IMG/VR virus record: IMGVR_UViG_3300021492_000072
Strand: one strand, 5' to 3'
DNA length: 64,000 bases
DNA from: a virus
Every line of letters begins with the position of its first letter. Within the stretch, counting starts at the first letter, position 1. The notes beneath the pieces were generated by a model. It was given only the letters and a program-made list of their open reading frames with translations, did not search any database and was not told the origin of the DNA. Shown here piece after piece: positions 37,592 through 46,284 of the stretch. The position numbers and the translations under genes are program-made.

Positions 37592-37939
37592 TCATATATG
37601 TAAACGCCCACGCGTTGATTTCCTTTTCATCGATAATTCATGCCCATTCTCATCTAACAGGCTGATCACATCACCTAAATGAAACTTCACCTCATCCCCC
37701 CGCTTTACGCCTAACGTGATGGGATCTAAAGGTTCATTATCTAGATACCCATACCCATAAGTGCCATCTACCTTTGTCACACGAACCCACATCCTTTCCC
37801 CATTGTCACCTTTTTCATCCGTGAAAATCAGCTTCACCCAGTATCCCGGCTTCACTTTCAACAACTCTTTCCTCGTAGGGAGGTCGAACGTCTGTAAAAT
37901 CGGGGGTCGCCGGATGAAGTACTTCTTTGCGGTCGACAT
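37592..37939 (-). CDS. DUF2314 (YegJ-like) protein
   Basis: VKLIF..ERMWVRVT..GYLDNEP..GDEVKF. Confidence 0.7.
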   Translation of the reverse strand: MSTAKKYFIRRPPILQTFDLPTRKELLKVKPGYWVKLIFTDEKGDNGERMWVRVTKVDGTYGYGYLDNEPLDPITLGVKRGDEVKFHLGDVISLLDENGHELSMKRKSTRGRLHI

Positions 37940-37950
37940 AATTACACCTC

Positions 37951-38292
37951 CTAAGGGATCTGGTATTCAATTTTTGCTCCACAAACACGGCAGTATTTCC
38001 CACCTTCGTCGACTAAGACCTTACACTTAGGGCAGTACGTGTAGAGGTCGCCATATATACGATACTTCACCCAAGTAGTATCTTCATACCCAACTGCTAG
38101 AAACACAGCACAACTACCAGTGCGGTTATCTCTTACGTTAAAAGCCTTAACTATCACATCCAGCCCTGGTACCTGTAACTCACCTTCTGCTGGTGTTACC
38201 GCCGCGTCGACGTTATATACAGACTTCAGCCCTCCAGTTATTTCGTCAGAGAGGGCATTCTTTCTGACCCTAAGCTTAAGCAAATACTTCAT
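37951..38292 (-). CDS. Protein with C-terminal zinc ribbon
   Basis: YCPKC..YCRVCGAKI. Confidence 0.7.
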   Translation of the reverse strand: MKYLLKLRVRKNALSDEITGGLKSVYNVDAAVTPAEGELQVPGLDVIVKAFNVRDNRTGSCAVFLAVGYEDTTWVKYRIYGDLYTYCPKCKVLVDEGGKYCRVCGAKIEYQIP

Positions 38293-38325
38293 TGCTGTCT
38301 CCTTTACGCACCCTTGCTTTCTTAG

Positions 38326-38399
38326 CTGTGCGTCGCTTTTTGACTGTGCGTCGCTTTTTGACTGTGCGTCGCTTTTAACCCTTACTTTTGACTATGCGT
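38326..38399. repeat. 18-bp tandem repeat CTGTGCGTCGCTTTTTGA (2.8 copies plus one degenerate copy)
   Basis: Read directly; intergenic, no spacers. Confidence 0.9.
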
Positions 38400-38466
38400 T
38401 ACTAAGGGCCTAGGCATTTTCAACCCCACCCTGGGGGCAAAAACCAGGGGGGCCTGGCGCCTGTGT

Positions 38467-38784
38467 TCAGCCACGTGACACCTCATCAGGTTTGACCCGC
38501 GTGATTTGCTTGAAGACCCCTGTCCACGGTTTATCTCCTGCCTGCGAATAGCGTGCAGGCATCAAGCTCAAAGTCAGGTTCTTGACAAGCAGCTCTGCTT
38601 CCTTCTTCGGCCCTTCAAGTGAGAGCCCGAGGTTGAGACATCCCGGTCCTTCTACCAACTTGAGGCCTTTTACTTTGATGTCCTTGAAGTGTGTTTGGTT
38701 CATGATTGTCTCAGCAATCTCATGCCAGCGTGGTCTTAGGTCCTTCAACGTCGCGATCACATAAACATGTTGCTCTTCGCCCAT
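38467..38784 (-). CDS. Hypothetical early protein
   Basis: AAAGGAGG SD preceded by a perfect 11-bp hairpin. Confidence 0.7.
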   Translation of the reverse strand: MGEEQHVYVIATLKDLRPRWHEIAETIMNQTHFKDIKVKGLKLVEGPGCLNLGLSLEGPKKEAELLVKNLTLSLMPARYSQAGDKPWTGVFKQITRVKPDEVSRG

Positions 38785-38841
38785 TTGTTCCTCCTTTGGC
38801 AGACAGGGCAGTCTGTTTAGACTGCCCTGGACAGAAGGCTA

Positions 38842-39183
38842 CTACTCTTGTGCATCGTAGTAAGCCTTCTGCATTTCCGCCTTTAATGTGGACATCTTTA
38901 CTTTCTCTTGTACTCTCTTCCACAACTCAGGCTTCTCCGCTTTGAACATGAGTATGCAGACCTTTCTGAACCCAGTGGGCCCCAGTTTCTTGAAGACCTC
39001 AGGACCTTTGTCCTTGATGATACGAGCTGCCAGATCTCTCATATAAGTCGTGTGGCCCAACTGAGACTGTCCGTTCTTCTTCTCAAGCGCTGCGTCCACA
39101 AGAGACTTCAAATCCACAGTAGCTTCCTTCTCAGATTCTTTTACGTTCACAATAGATTTCTTTGCCTCCGCCATCTTCTTCAC
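38842..39183 (-). CDS. Hypothetical early protein, paralog of 43534..43842
   Basis: LK.L...AL....GQ...GH...MR.L.A.I....G.E....L.P.GF. Confidence 0.75.
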   Translation of the reverse strand: MKKMAEAKKSIVNVKESEKEATVDLKSLVDAALEKKNGQSQLGHTTYMRDLAARIIKDKGPEVFKKLGPTGFRKVCILMFKAEKPELWKRVQEKVKMSTLKAEMQKAYYDAQE

Positions 39184-39477
39184 CTCCTTTCACAGCCTTG
39201 ATTTGGACTGAAAGTCCAAGCTGTTCCAAACGTTTTAAAAAATAAAATTTTATATAAAAATAAAATTATGCCTGACTACAGGTAGTAAGAACCCCAACCG
39301 TCCAAGTACTTGTTAATCCAATAAGCTAACTCCTTATCCAGTTCTTCTACACACTCTGACATCTTATCATGCCCAAGCTCTTCCAACTTTTTACACAATA
39401 ACTTCTCTAGTGCCTGATATACCTCTTCCATCTCTTCTTCCTTTATATGCACTCTTCTTCACCTCCTCTTAGTTTGA

Positions 39478-39768
39478 CTAGATTATCCGGTCGATCTCTT
39501 CCTCAGCGATATACAGCTCATTACCTACTATGTCCACTTCTGCTTCTACATCATAAATCACATTATAGGCCCCTTTGTTGACGCTTAACACTACATTAAC
39601 TATCTTGGATCCCTCTGGTTCGTAAGTGGTCACTTGTCGATCGTCAATCACATACTTGCCTTTGAGATCCTTAAACTCATGCAACTCCAACCACCTGATG
39701 TTTCCAGTTTCACCCAGATCATCAACTGTCTTTATCTCCCTTAGTTTGTACCCTGTCACAAACGACAC
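39478..39768 (-). CDS. Hypothetical protein
   Basis: Similar to the C-terminus of 27770..28252. Confidence 0.65.
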   Translation of the reverse strand: MSFVTGYKLREIKTVDDLGETGNIRWLELHEFKDLKGKYVIDDRQVTTYEPEGSKIVNVVLSVNKGAYNVIYDVEAEVDIVGNELYIAEEEIDRII

Positions 39769-40026
39769 CTCCTAACGTTTTAAAAAATAAAAATTTATAT
39801 AAAATAAAATTAAACCTTCACAAACAAACCAGCTCTGCTTTTCCTTTCATTACCCTGCCTGGCCTCGCCAAAGCGAGACCTAGGGCAGGGTTTTGCCAAA
39901 GTAGAATTCCGGTGCTTAACTGCTTCTACTCGAAAGTTGCTCAGCTAAGTGGGCACCCCCGAGCTCAACCCCTTGATTTTATTACAGGTGTATTTTCACA
40001 TCAACCAGAAATTTCGTGCCAACCAC

Positions 40027-40371
40027 TTACTCATCTTGTCGCTGGAACAACACTTTATTAACCACTTCCACTTCAATCCGGGTGTACCGCGCTTCCGTAA
40101 TCTGATACGCTTTCTTCCGTGGGTCTAACTTACCCCACGACTGTTCCTTATCCTTCGCCGGTTTCGGTTCGTAAGTAATCCGATGCCTCAACCAACTATA
40201 CACCTGTCGGTACAGTTTCACTCGAGGAGTTTCCGTTAGCTCTTTCAGCTCAGCGTAGTCACAAATCACTCTAGTCCAAACACAGACTGGTTTCCCTTTC
40301 AACTTCTCTAGTAACCCAGGCTCCGCTCTCACTTCCTGCATGAACTGGTTGATGATGTCCCTGTAGTCCAC
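40027..40371 (-). CDS. Hypothetical early protein
   Basis: Hairpin plus SD upstream. Confidence 0.7.
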   Translation of the reverse strand: MDYRDIINQFMQEVRAEPGLLEKLKGKPVCVWTRVICDYAELKELTETPRVKLYRQVYSWLRHRITYEPKPAKDKEQSWGKLDPRKKAYQITEARYTRIEVEVVNKVLFQRQDE

Positions 40372-40434
40372 TTTCTCTCACCTCCTTTCCAGCCCCTGAT
40401 TAGGGACCAAATGGTTCCCGAGCTGAATGGTATC

Positions 40435-40674
40435 CTACCAACTTCCATACCTAATAAGTCCTCGATTATACAGCGACACTATTCTTTCTTTCAGTATTGG
40501 ACGTATCTTTTCCCACTGTTCATCTGGCACCTCAGAATAATCCCAACACCAGCATCCGAAAACGCGACTTTTCGCTTCCTTGAGAGGTAGACCTGTACCT
40601 TTGATGACGTCCGCAATTAAGTCTCCTGGTCTAGGATGACCTGGTGGGCAGTCCAGCTCTATCGTTTTCGGCAT
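40435..40674 (-). CDS. Hypothetical early protein
   Basis: Hairpin plus SD; ELDCPPG..RP..IRYGSW. Confidence 0.7.
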   Translation of the reverse strand: MPKTIELDCPPGHPRPGDLIADVIKGTGLPLKEAKSRVFGCWCWDYSEVPDEQWEKIRPILKERIVSLYNRGLIRYGSW

Positions 40675-40773
40675 CTCCTCTCACCTCCTTTCTGGGCCCA
40701 AATTGGAACCTCTTGGGTCCTAGGCCCATTGTATATAGTTCCTTATAGGAACTATAACGTTGCTCAATCCCCT

Positions 40774-41178
40774 CTAAGCGGGTCTCTTTATTAGTTTGAT
40801 CATATAGGTATAACCTCTTTCCCATTTGTTAACCGGTTCCTCCTTTACTAATGTCCATCCTCTGCACTCTAGTAAATCGAAGAACTCTCTCCATACTCCA
40901 ACTCCGCTCCTCTCATCACCATAGCAGTGAACCTGTAAAACCGCGCCAACCTTACATACTCTATCCACCTCACGCGCCAACTTCACACGCGCGATTTTGT
41001 CTAACACTATCAATAGTTGCCCTATGTAAACCTCATCAGTAGATTCATCCTCAACCGGAATCCGATCAGGACACCTCCACTCCACGACTCCGTCATACTT
41101 CTCGCAGTCCAAATGAATCCAGTCTGGAGTGTCCTCTACCCAATATTCTTTTGGTCCCGAACCTAGATCGAGCTTCAT
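40774..41178 (-). CDS. Class I SAM-methyltransferase-like protein (short)
   Basis: LDLGSG motif I; IPVEDESTDEV; EVDRVCKVGAVL. Confidence 0.6.
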   Translation of the reverse strand: MKLDLGSGPKEYWVEDTPDWIHLDCEKYDGVVEWRCPDRIPVEDESTDEVYIGQLLIVLDKIARVKLAREVDRVCKVGAVLQVHCYGDERSGVGVWREFFDLLECRGWTLVKEEPVNKWERGYTYMIKLIKRPA

Positions 41179-41219
41179 TCCCTCACCTCCTTTCCAGCCT
41201 TAGATTAGGACCTTTGGTC

Positions 41220-41651
41220 CTAGGCTGTTAAGTCCATTCTAATATGTGTTGTACTCAAATCCGAATCCAAATGTAACTGAAACGTCACTCTCTTCACCTG
41301 TTCCGGTTTTACACGTTTGACATACAGCCCATAACCAGTACGTATTTCAATACTATACCTGTCAAGTACTGCTGCTAACGGTTTATCACTCCAGTCAATC
41401 TTTTGCTCCTCAGGCGGAAGTTGTTCTAGTATTTCACTACCATCGTCGCAATCGAAGTAGACTTCTGTAGGCTCAACCTCAAACTCTACTACCCAAGAAG
41501 GTTCATTTAGTAGTGGGAACTCAATTGCTGAAACGAGTACAGCATCATGTCCGTTAGCAGTATCAGAACTAGGCGATACCCCATCTTTCAGGATCTGTTG
41601 TAGGCTCATCATAGAACATGGTACAGTTGTGAACAACCTCACATTACTCAC
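41220..41651 (-). CDS. Possible ADP-ribosyltransferase-fold protein (degenerate)
   Basis: RLFTT..LQQILKDGVSP..VLVS..VVEFEV..VKPEQV resembles KptA/ART-like spacing but lacks the first His. Confidence 0.35.
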   Translation of the reverse strand: MSNVRLFTTVPCSMMSLQQILKDGVSPSSDTANGHDAVLVSAIEFPLLNEPSWVVEFEVEPTEVYFDCDDGSEILEQLPPEEQKIDWSDKPLAAVLDRYSIEIRTGYGLYVKRVKPEQVKRVTFQLHLDSDLSTTHIRMDLTA

Positions 41652-41793
41652 CTCCTCTCTGACCTCTTTAAGAACGTGACCGTTATTACCCTACGATCTC
41701 TGAAGAACCAAACCATGAAGTAATGCACGTTCTTAATGCCTACAACTACCGGACCGATTTCTTGGTATTTCTCTAACATCTTTTCACCTCCTT

Positions 41794-42051
41794 TCAAATC
41801 GGCATTACTCCAACCTTTATGATCCTTTTAGGCCGGAGCAGGACCGCTCTTACCTTCACAAAATTATTGTTATCCAACCAGTACCTCTCTTCGAAACTCT
41901 TCACTACGTGCCCATGAACCTCATAGAGGTCCACGTCCTCGCCATACCACTGCTCCTGTACCACCCTCGCTTCCTCTAATGTACTGGTACAGAGCAAGGT
42001 ACCGTTATAGGCTCGTAGTGGCGAGCCCGATTCTTGCACCCTAAACGGCAT
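41794..42051 (-). CDS. Hypothetical early protein
   Basis: SD GGAGG. Confidence 0.6.
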   Translation of the reverse strand: MPFRVQESGSPLRAYNGTLLCTSTLEEARVVQEQWYGEDVDLYEVHGHVVKSFEERYWLDNNNFVKVRAVLLRPKRIIKVGVMPI

Positions 42052-42061
42052 ACTTCCTCCT

Positions 42062-42319
42062 TCACTTCTCCTTTACTCGTCTCCATGATTCAATCGGGTC
42101 CTTTACTACCAACCTGGCCCTCCCTGGGCACTGCTCGAAGAACTTTACTGCTTCTTCCAACCCATCTTCGCTTCCATCCGTGAAGTTCTCTACTTTCTGG
42201 ACCCCGTCTTTAATGTAGAAAACCGACGCGACCACTTCCTCAATCCGGATTGGAGCGCATTCGGGGCATATCTCCGCCCAATCCGGAACCGGTTTTCCAC
42301 ATTTCTTACACTTCTTCAT
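42062..42319 (-). CDS. Zn-ribbon early protein
   Basis: CKKC..CPEC. Confidence 0.65.
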   Translation of the reverse strand: MKKCKKCGKPVPDWAEICPECAPIRIEEVVASVFYIKDGVQKVENFTDGSEDGLEEAVKFFEQCPGRARLVVKDPIESWRRVKEK

Positions 42320-42369
42320 CTCCTCACCCCCTTTCGTGGCTCAGATTCTTTTACCGGAGCCACAACGGT

Positions 42370-42894
42370 TTATTCATTTCCATACAATAGACTCTCTATT
42401 ACCTCTAGTGTTCCAACGTCCACTTCAGAATCAGGTTTATCTTTCCAGTCGCAAGTGAATTCACCCCATCTCTGATACATATCCCCGATTCTAGTTCCCG
42501 GTAGTACTCTCGGTTCCTCTTTCCTCCTTGGACGCCCTCTTTTCTTTCCTTTGAGGGCTTCCACGATCAGCTTTCCTAACGGGTCTTTCATGTCGATGTT
42601 CAACTCTTCCTTCGGTGTCTCTTTCGGTCTCATGTTCAATACTTCCAACGCGCCCCAGATACCGAAGTTCTGTATGAACTGCAACCTCATCATCCGCTTC
42701 GTCCTTCCTCTGAACCGAATCCTTTGAACCGGTCCCAATGGCCACCTCGACTTGGAAGCCTTCGTTTCTAAGGCCTCCTCAATCAGGTCAGCAAGGTCAG
42801 GTTCCATTGTAGGTGCAGGCTCAGGTTCCAGCTCGACGATTACTTTGAATTCTCTGCCGTCTTTCTTTCGAATTAAGTATTCCTGGCGCTCCAT
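42370..42894 (-). CDS. Hypothetical early protein with AT-hook-like KRGRPR
   Basis: KKRGRPRRK; internal repeat L..LI.EAL. Confidence 0.65.
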   Translation of the reverse strand: MERQEYLIRKKDGREFKVIVELEPEPAPTMEPDLADLIEEALETKASKSRWPLGPVQRIRFRGRTKRMMRLQFIQNFGIWGALEVLNMRPKETPKEELNIDMKDPLGKLIVEALKGKKRGRPRRKEEPRVLPGTRIGDMYQRWGEFTCDWKDKPDSEVDVGTLEVIESLLYGNE

Positions 42895-43116
42895 CCTTCT
42901 TTCACCTCCTTTCTGGCCCTAGATTAGACCTCAATAGTCCTGGGCCAGTTTCAGTCCTCTTTAGACTTTAACCAATCCAGTCTCAGTTCATAGACTGTAG
43001 TATCATTCTCCACTAGACAAGAACCTCCGTGAATGAACACGATTTCTCCTTCCACCCCATTATAATGGTCATCAGGGTGGCCTACAACAATAACCCTATC
43101 ACCTACTTTAAAGCCT

Positions 43117-43410
43117 TCATTCATCTTCCTCCATCTCCTCCTCTTCTTCTATACCAGTCTCGATCCCGAACATTGACACAACCCAATCACGTGCTTCCAA
43201 GGACGCGCAGTCGAGATCACTAAGGCTCTTGACGCAAACTTTTGATGACTCAGTGGTTCTCTGATAGATCAGGTTGTCGATTACGAAACCCTTCTTACCG
43301 AAGAAGAGCCGCGCGCTGATTCGCTCCCCTCGTGTGGTCTCAACACCTATATCTACGGCGTGAGTACCCTCGAAGGGGCCATCACCCGCTTCTATGAACC
43401 TTAACATCAT
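43117..43410 (-). CDS. Hypothetical early protein with acidic tail
   Basis: Hairpin plus SD upstream. Confidence 0.65.
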   Translation of the reverse strand: MMLRFIEAGDGPFEGTHAVDIGVETTRGERISARLFFGKKGFVIDNLIYQRTTESSKVCVKSLSDLDCASLEARDWVVSMFGIETGIEEEEEMEEDE

Positions 43411-43533
43411 CTTCCTCCACCTCCTTTCTGACCCTAGATTGGCCTGGATGGGCCTGGGCCAGTCGCAATCCCCTTTAACGGGTCATTCTTTGTTGGGCCC
43501 CTTTACCTTTCCCCACCGGGGCCCGAGGTGGGG

Positions 43534-43842
43534 TTATTTGGCTCTAGTGTCTATCCAGATCTTGTTGACCTTGTCGTACTGGAAGCCGTGGGAGTTCTTG
43601 TAGGCGTTTAACTGGCAGGCAAACTCATGAGAGTTGCCTACCTTCCCCACTAGGTCAGGGTGGACCGCCGCGAAGATCATCTTAAACCCCGCGGGGCGGA
43701 GTTGTCGGATGATCTCTCTGCCGTGCTCGCGCTCGATCTTAGCCAACAAGGCCCGCATGGCCGAAATGTGGCCTCCGCCTTGGCCTTGTTGCTGGTCGAG
43801 AGCCTGACTGATGAGTTCTTTCAGGTTTGACATCTTCTTCAC
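43534..43842 (-). CDS. First gene of the leftward block, paralog of 38842..39183
   Basis: See 38842..39183. Confidence 0.75.
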   Translation of the reverse strand: MKKMSNLKELISQALDQQQGQGGGHISAMRALLAKIEREHGREIIRQLRPAGFKMIFAAVHPDLVGKVGNSHEFACQLNAYKNSHGFQYDKVNKIWIDTRAK

Positions 43843-43894
43843 CTCCTTCCTGCCCTGATTGGCCTAGACTGAGATCCAGGCCTGGGCTAGTCTG

Positions 43895-44290
43895 TCTCTT
43901 ATCTGACTTCTTACTTTTATATTTATTTTTATTTAATTTAATTTTAATATATTTTCGCTTAGTACGCGTTAACCGAGCTGTTAGAAAAAGTCACGTTAAG
44001 GAACCAATACGCGTTAACCGATACGCGCTAAGAGAGCCGTTAGTCACGTTCGCGCATGAGCCTGTTACGTTCTATCAGCTAAGTCACGCCCAAATAGTAC
44101 GCCTACAAATAACAAATTGGTACGCTTAGAAACTACCAGTCACACAATTCCGTAACTAGGCAAAAAGCACGTTCACAATAAAATCAAGGGTTTGAGGTCG
44201 AATGGCGTCTATAAGGTTGGCCAACTTTTGAGTAGAAAGGGTTAGTCACGCAAAAATTCCATAAGGAGTAAGACTTGACATTGGGTATGA
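43895..44290. other. Non-coding divergence region with AT tract and short repeats
   Basis: TACGCGTTAACCGA x2 (43963, 44008); AGTCAC x5 (43989, 44042, 44082, 44138, 44244). Confidence 0.6.
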
Positions 44291-44294
44291 GTAA

Positions 44295-45317
44295 ATGGAA
44301 AAGTGTGGTATGGTTGTAAAGGTAAAGAACGAAGATAGGTTCTTCGATTCTCTAGCTAAATACCTGTTCTTCAAAGAGTTAAAAAGAGCATACGAGATCA
44401 AGGTTGATGAAAAAGGACGTCCTATTACATTTATTACTAAAAGAGTCAAAGGTAGGCTTAGACACATCCCAATCCCGTTAGAAAGGTTAAGAGAGGAAAA
44501 GCTAAGTGATGCTGGTAAAAGATTGATTGAGATGAATACTATGAGATTGGTAGGACAAAGTGCTAAGATAAACGAGGGTGGGAAGAGCTTTCTCAGGATT
44601 GGAATGAAAGATTTAATAGGTGCGTTGAGTTTTGAAGGAAAGATAGGATCCAGGTTGAGTGAGGTCTGTAAAGCACCGGGAGCGATGGCGTGTGCTGCTA
44701 ATATGATAGGACTGGATTCGTATGATGTGCGTAAGGTGGAATTAAAGAAGGGAGGTAATATAGATTTAGATGCCAAGATATGGAAAGGTGACGTTTCATT
44801 AGGTTTTGTAGGAAGTATTGAGAAAGAAAAAGATAAGTTGGTGATGTATCCTAGGAGGTTGGAGAAGGTTAAAGGTGGTGATGTGGATTGGGCTAAAAGA
44901 GTAGCGCGGGTGTTTAAGAGGAGTGGAGTAGATGAGGTTAAGGTAGCTGCTAGGGGAAAGGCGGATCATGTGTTATTTAGCATGCTGGGGGCGGAGTTTG
45001 AGAATCCAAGAGAGGCGAAGTTATTCACTGCGCTGGCTGTTAGTAAGTTAAAGGGAATGAAATTAGCCCGTGAGTGGCAAGTAAAGAAAATCATGATAAC
45101 TCTAGCGAAAGAACAAACGCAAAGTTTACCCAGGATTTTGGAAATATTTAGAGATACAATGTTCCCTAGAAGGCCGGGGTTCCCCACTACTGGAGAGGCG
45201 CCAGGTACTTATAAAGACTTCAAAAGGCTGTTAGAGTTAATATTCGGCAAGGGAGTCAGCAAGTACAGAATCCCTATGAAGGGAAATAAGCTATTAGACC
45301 TTTTGGTGAGAGGTTAA
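44295..45317 (+). CDS. Basic protein with tag-like FITKRVKGRLRHIPI and a possible degenerate GNAT domain
   Basis: 340-aa ORF; ARVFKRSGVDEVKVAA..FSMLGAEF resembles the GNAT C-terminal pattern. Confidence 0.7.
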   Translation: MEKCGMVVKVKNEDRFFDSLAKYLFFKELKRAYEIKVDEKGRPITFITKRVKGRLRHIPIPLERLREEKLSDAGKRLIEMNTMRLVGQSAKINEGGKSFLRIGMKDLIGALSFEGKIGSRLSEVCKAPGAMACAANMIGLDSYDVRKVELKKGGNIDLDAKIWKGDVSLGFVGSIEKEKDKLVMYPRRLEKVKGGDVDWAKRVARVFKRSGVDEVKVAARGKADHVLFSMLGAEFENPREAKLFTALAVSKLKGMKLAREWQVKKIMITLAKEQTQSLPRILEIFRDTMFPRRPGFPTTGEAPGTYKDFKRLLELIFGKGVSKYRIPMKGNKLLDLLVRG

Positions 45318-45318
45318 G

Positions 45319-46284
45319 GTGTTAGAGTTTATACCACTTAGGAATAGGCAAGGTAAACTATTCTGGATACATGTATCGGAGTTTGAGCCGTGGAGGATTA
45401 AAGATCCCAAGACGTTACAACATATTCTGAACTTATACTTTGGATCCATTACGGTGGATAAGCTGGGAAGGTCTATGCTCACCAGTGATGGTTACGTCTT
45501 TCTGAAAGAAACCTTACCTGATTACCTCTGGAACGAAATAAAGCGTAAGAAGTACAAAAATACTATTGAGGTCTTTAGAGAGGCATCTCATCATCCAAAG
45601 GCTATACACCAGCTTGCTAATGCAATGGGTGATGTTTCCTACTTATCCGACTTCGCGATTAGGAAGGACTACATATTTGCCGAAGGTGGGATGCGTAGGT
45701 TATATAAGGCGGGGATTAGAATCCCATTTGAACCTTTATCCCCAAAATGGATGGTGAGTTCACAGGTTCCAAGAGTTCCAGTGGTCTTTGGGCCCAAGCT
45801 ATTTGGCAGAGAGATGTCAGGAAAGCACCTACAAAAGATATATCACAATTTACTGGTTGAGAGTGGACAAAAGGCTTTTATTGTCAGGCCAGGTCCGAGT
45901 AGTTTCATCACATATGCGAAGCTGGGTGCGAATTATCCAACTAAGAGCGGTAGGAAGTCGCTTGTAAAAGAGATGCAGAGATTAATCCCATACATACGTA
46001 AGTCCGGGCAAGAAAGGGAAACTGATATGCTCATGCATGTTTTAGAAAGATGGAGTGAGGGGGCGGATAATCTACAAAAGCTATATAGGGACACCTTGGA
46101 GTTGGTCAAAAAGAAGGAAATACCAGTTAGTTTGTTCCAGAGGTTTTGGTACCGAATGAGCGCCTTCGAACGTGAACTAAAGTTAGAGATAACCCCCGCT
46201 GTAAAACGTATGTTAAAAGAGGGTACTGTTTCATTCAGTGTAAAACGTTGGTTACGCGCGCCATCTAGTACGCGGTTTCAATAG
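45319..46284 (+). CDS. Hypothetical protein with possible degenerate GNAT domain
   Basis: ESGQKAFIVRPGPSSFITYAKLGANY; start uncertain. Confidence 0.65.
   Translation: MLEFIPLRNRQGKLFWIHVSEFEPWRIKDPKTLQHILNLYFGSITVDKLGRSMLTSDGYVFLKETLPDYLWNEIKRKKYKNTIEVFREASHHPKAIHQLANAMGDVSYLSDFAIRKDYIFAEGGMRRLYKAGIRIPFEPLSPKWMVSSQVPRVPVVFGPKLFGREMSGKHLQKIYHNLLVESGQKAFIVRPGPSSFITYAKLGANYPTKSGRKSLVKEMQRLIPYIRKSGQERETDMLMHVLERWSEGADNLQKLYRDTLELVKKKEIPVSLFQRFWYRMSAFERELKLEITPAVKRMLKEGTVSFSVKRWLRAPSSTRFQ

Larger units (their letters stand above)
39192..43890 (-). promoter_or_regulatory. Eight bulged stem-loops immediately 5' of SD sequences (39192, 40390, 40693, 41195, 42336, 42913, 43428, 43850)
   Basis: Stem1-A-stem2-loop-stem2'-AAUC(U)A-stem1'-GAAAGGAGGUG with compensatory stem changes. 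Confidence 0.75.

Noticed and set aside
38326-38399. Mini-CRISPR
   Set aside because: Units are contiguous with no spacers and only 18 bp long
39192-43890. SD hairpins as intrinsic terminators, kink-turns or attC sites
   Set aside because: No U-tract follows on the coding strand; no tandem GA/AG pairs; GTTRRRY/RYYYAAC cores are not conserved
683-44129. Plus-strand ORFs in the track across the leftward block (e.g. 1598, 12858, 16188, 31765, 38120, 43827)
   Set aside because: Mostly antisense shadows of well-supported minus-strand genes (31765 and 43827 instead span repeat-rich non-coding loci); Ser/Leu/Phe-rich with no SD
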